Positions 62,744-64,000 of a stretch of 64,000 nt of DNA are shown here, in pieces (positions within the stretch are counted from its first letter, which is position 1; each line of letters opens with the position of its first letter). This stretch comes from Camelus dromedarius (taxonomy: Eukaryota). The position numbers and the translations under genes are program-made. The notes under the pieces were generated by a model. That model worked only from the letters and a program-made list of their open reading frames with translations, had not been told where the DNA came from and searched no databases. The DNA lies in contig NC_087436.1 of NCBI RefSeq assembly GCF_036321535.1, forward strand, positions 118,236,001 through 118,300,000, read 5' to 3'.

Positions 62744-62944
62744 CTGGACTCACCTGTCTTTATTTATCAGGAGCTTTTTTAAATCTCTGGTCCAGTGCCT
62801 CTAAACTATAATCAATGAACATTTTATTATGTCCTCAGTGTAAGTCTATTTGTTTATTAATAACATGCATGTACCACCAAAAATCTACATTATAAAATTT
62901 GCACATAAAATAGGTATTTTTCATCTGACATATGTATGTATATT

Positions 62945-63395
62945 TTTTTGGAGGGTAAGAATATTTAAGTTCTACTGTCTTAGCAGATTTTAATGATACA
63001 ATACAGTGTTATCAAGTATAGTCAGCATGTTTTACTCTAGCTCCTCGAACCTTCTTCATCTGAGAGCTGGAAGTTTGTTGCCTTTTCCCAGCCTTTTCCT
63101 ACTTCCCCACCCCCAGCCCCAGCAACCACTTTTCTGCTCTCTGTTTCTATGAGTTTGACGGTTTTTGAGACTCCACATAGAAGTGATACCATGCAGTCTT
63201 CCTCTTTCTCTGACTTACCTCACATAGCATAATGCCCTCGGGGTCCATCCACTTTGTCCCAGATAGCAGGATGGCCTTTCTCATGGCTGAGTAATACTCC
63301 ATTGTATATACGTACCACATTTTCTTTGTCTGTTCGTCTGTTGATAGACATTTAGGTTGTCTCTGTTGCTTGGCTACTGTGAATGATGCTGCCAA
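62945..63395 (-). mobile_element. L1MA-type 3' fragment
   Basis: Minus-strand ORF 63147..63482 contains AASFTVAK...KKMWYVYTMEYYSAM...KWMDPEGIMLCEVSQ, an L1 ORF2 C-terminus. Confidence 0.9.
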
Positions 63396-63525
63396 AAATA
63401 GATACTTTGAAAGTATCTGATAACATGCTAGTGTAAATAGAAGCTGCGGTATTTTCGTCCTGTACCCACCCTCACAAACCACAGCTTTAAATCAGGCAAG
63501 AAAGTCACCCATCTGCCTGCAGCTC

Positions 63526-63556
63526 TTGCTAACTGCTGTTTCTGCTCTATCTCCAG
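63526..63556 (+). promoter_or_regulatory. Branch point (TTGCTAAC, A at 63532), polypyrimidine tract and 3' splice site
   Basis: CTAAC consensus 24 nt upstream of the AG, with no intervening AG. Confidence 0.75.
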
Positions 63557-63646
63557 GGCACGTTCACATCACAGACTTCAACATAGCAACGATCGTGAAA
63601 GGAGCAGAAAAGGCTTCCTCCATGGCCGGGACCAAGCCCTACATGG
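63557..63646 (+). CDS. STK32B: STK32B internal 90-nt coding exon (probably exon 6); (G)[29 protein letters not shown](A)
   Basis: Acceptor tctgctctatctccAG (63555-63556), donor G|GTGAGT at 63647. Contains the YANK-family DFN motif and GTKPYM P+1 loop; lies inside ORF 63526..63780. [11 protein letters not shown] resembles STK32B rather than STK32A or STK32C. Confidence 0.96.
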
Positions 63647-64000
63647 GTGAGTGTTCCAGGACCCCTCAGGCCTCAGCATTCCTCTTCTGCTTTATCATCC
63701 CACCCCTCACTCACCCAGTCCCACCCCTTCACCAGGTTCCAGCCATGCCCTGTCTGTACCATGCTCTCTCACACCTTTGACCTTCACCCAGTCTGTCTCT
63801 CCTGCCAGGAGGACCTTCTCCTGTGTTTTCTAGAGGACTCCTACCCAGCCAGAAAAGTTGGCTCCAACTTAGGAAAAAAACAAACAAACAATAAACCCTT
63901 ATTCTTTAAAGTCTTATAGTGTTGTGGGAACATAATGTTGGTGTTGGTCATTTGGGATTTATATCTTAGGTACACAGTGATCCTCCAATGTGTGGTTTCA

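Larger units (their letters stand above)
51126..63556 (+). other. STK32B: STK32B phase-1 GT-AG intron, 12,431 nt
   Basis: Starts GTAAGC and ends CTCCAG; the Gly codon is split G|GG. Confidence 0.93.

Noticed and set aside
61877..63482. ORFs containing MEYYSA...WMDLEGIMLSE
   Set aside because: C-terminal remnants of L1 ORF2 in truncated elements, not host genes.
63526..63780. 84-aa ORF as a standalone gene
   Set aside because: Only 63557-63646 is kinase-like and bounded by splice sites; the flanks are intron read-through.
1..64000. A novel prokaryote-type system (CRISPR array, defence island, operon)
   Set aside because: The sequence is mammalian intron. It has no regularly spaced repeat-spacer array and no gene-dense organisation, and many ORF-track entries rely on GTG/TTG starts.

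Overview
Mammalian nuclear DNA, most likely a camelid: it carries four copies of a tRNA-derived SINE resembling Vic-1, and I saw no Alu, B1, Bov-tA or BovB. The window lies inside a + strand STK32B (YANK2) serine/threonine kinase gene. Only two coding exons are visible: a 38-nt micro-exon at 51088-51125 ((R)DIKPDNILLDEH(G), catalytic loop) and a 90-nt exon at 63557-63646 ((G)[32 protein letters not shown] motif and activation segment). They join in frame across a 12,431-nt GT-AG intron. Positions 1-51087 appear to belong to one very long upstream intron. The rest is a dense mix of transposable elements (a probable near-full-length HAL1, L1 3' ends with target-site duplications, ERV1/ERVL/MaLR solo LTRs, MER DNA transposons, MIR, L2) and microsatellites. 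Nearly all ORFs in the supplied track are spurious, and I found no prokaryote-type system. The most interesting speculative signal is a sense MER31-like LTR with a TATA box, followed by in-frame ATGs and a phase-matched splice donor about 0.7 kb upstream of the micro-exon; it could give an LTR-driven kinase isoform lacking the N-lobe. Repeat subfamily names come from recalled consensus sequences, and repeat boundaries are approximate unless a TSD is given.
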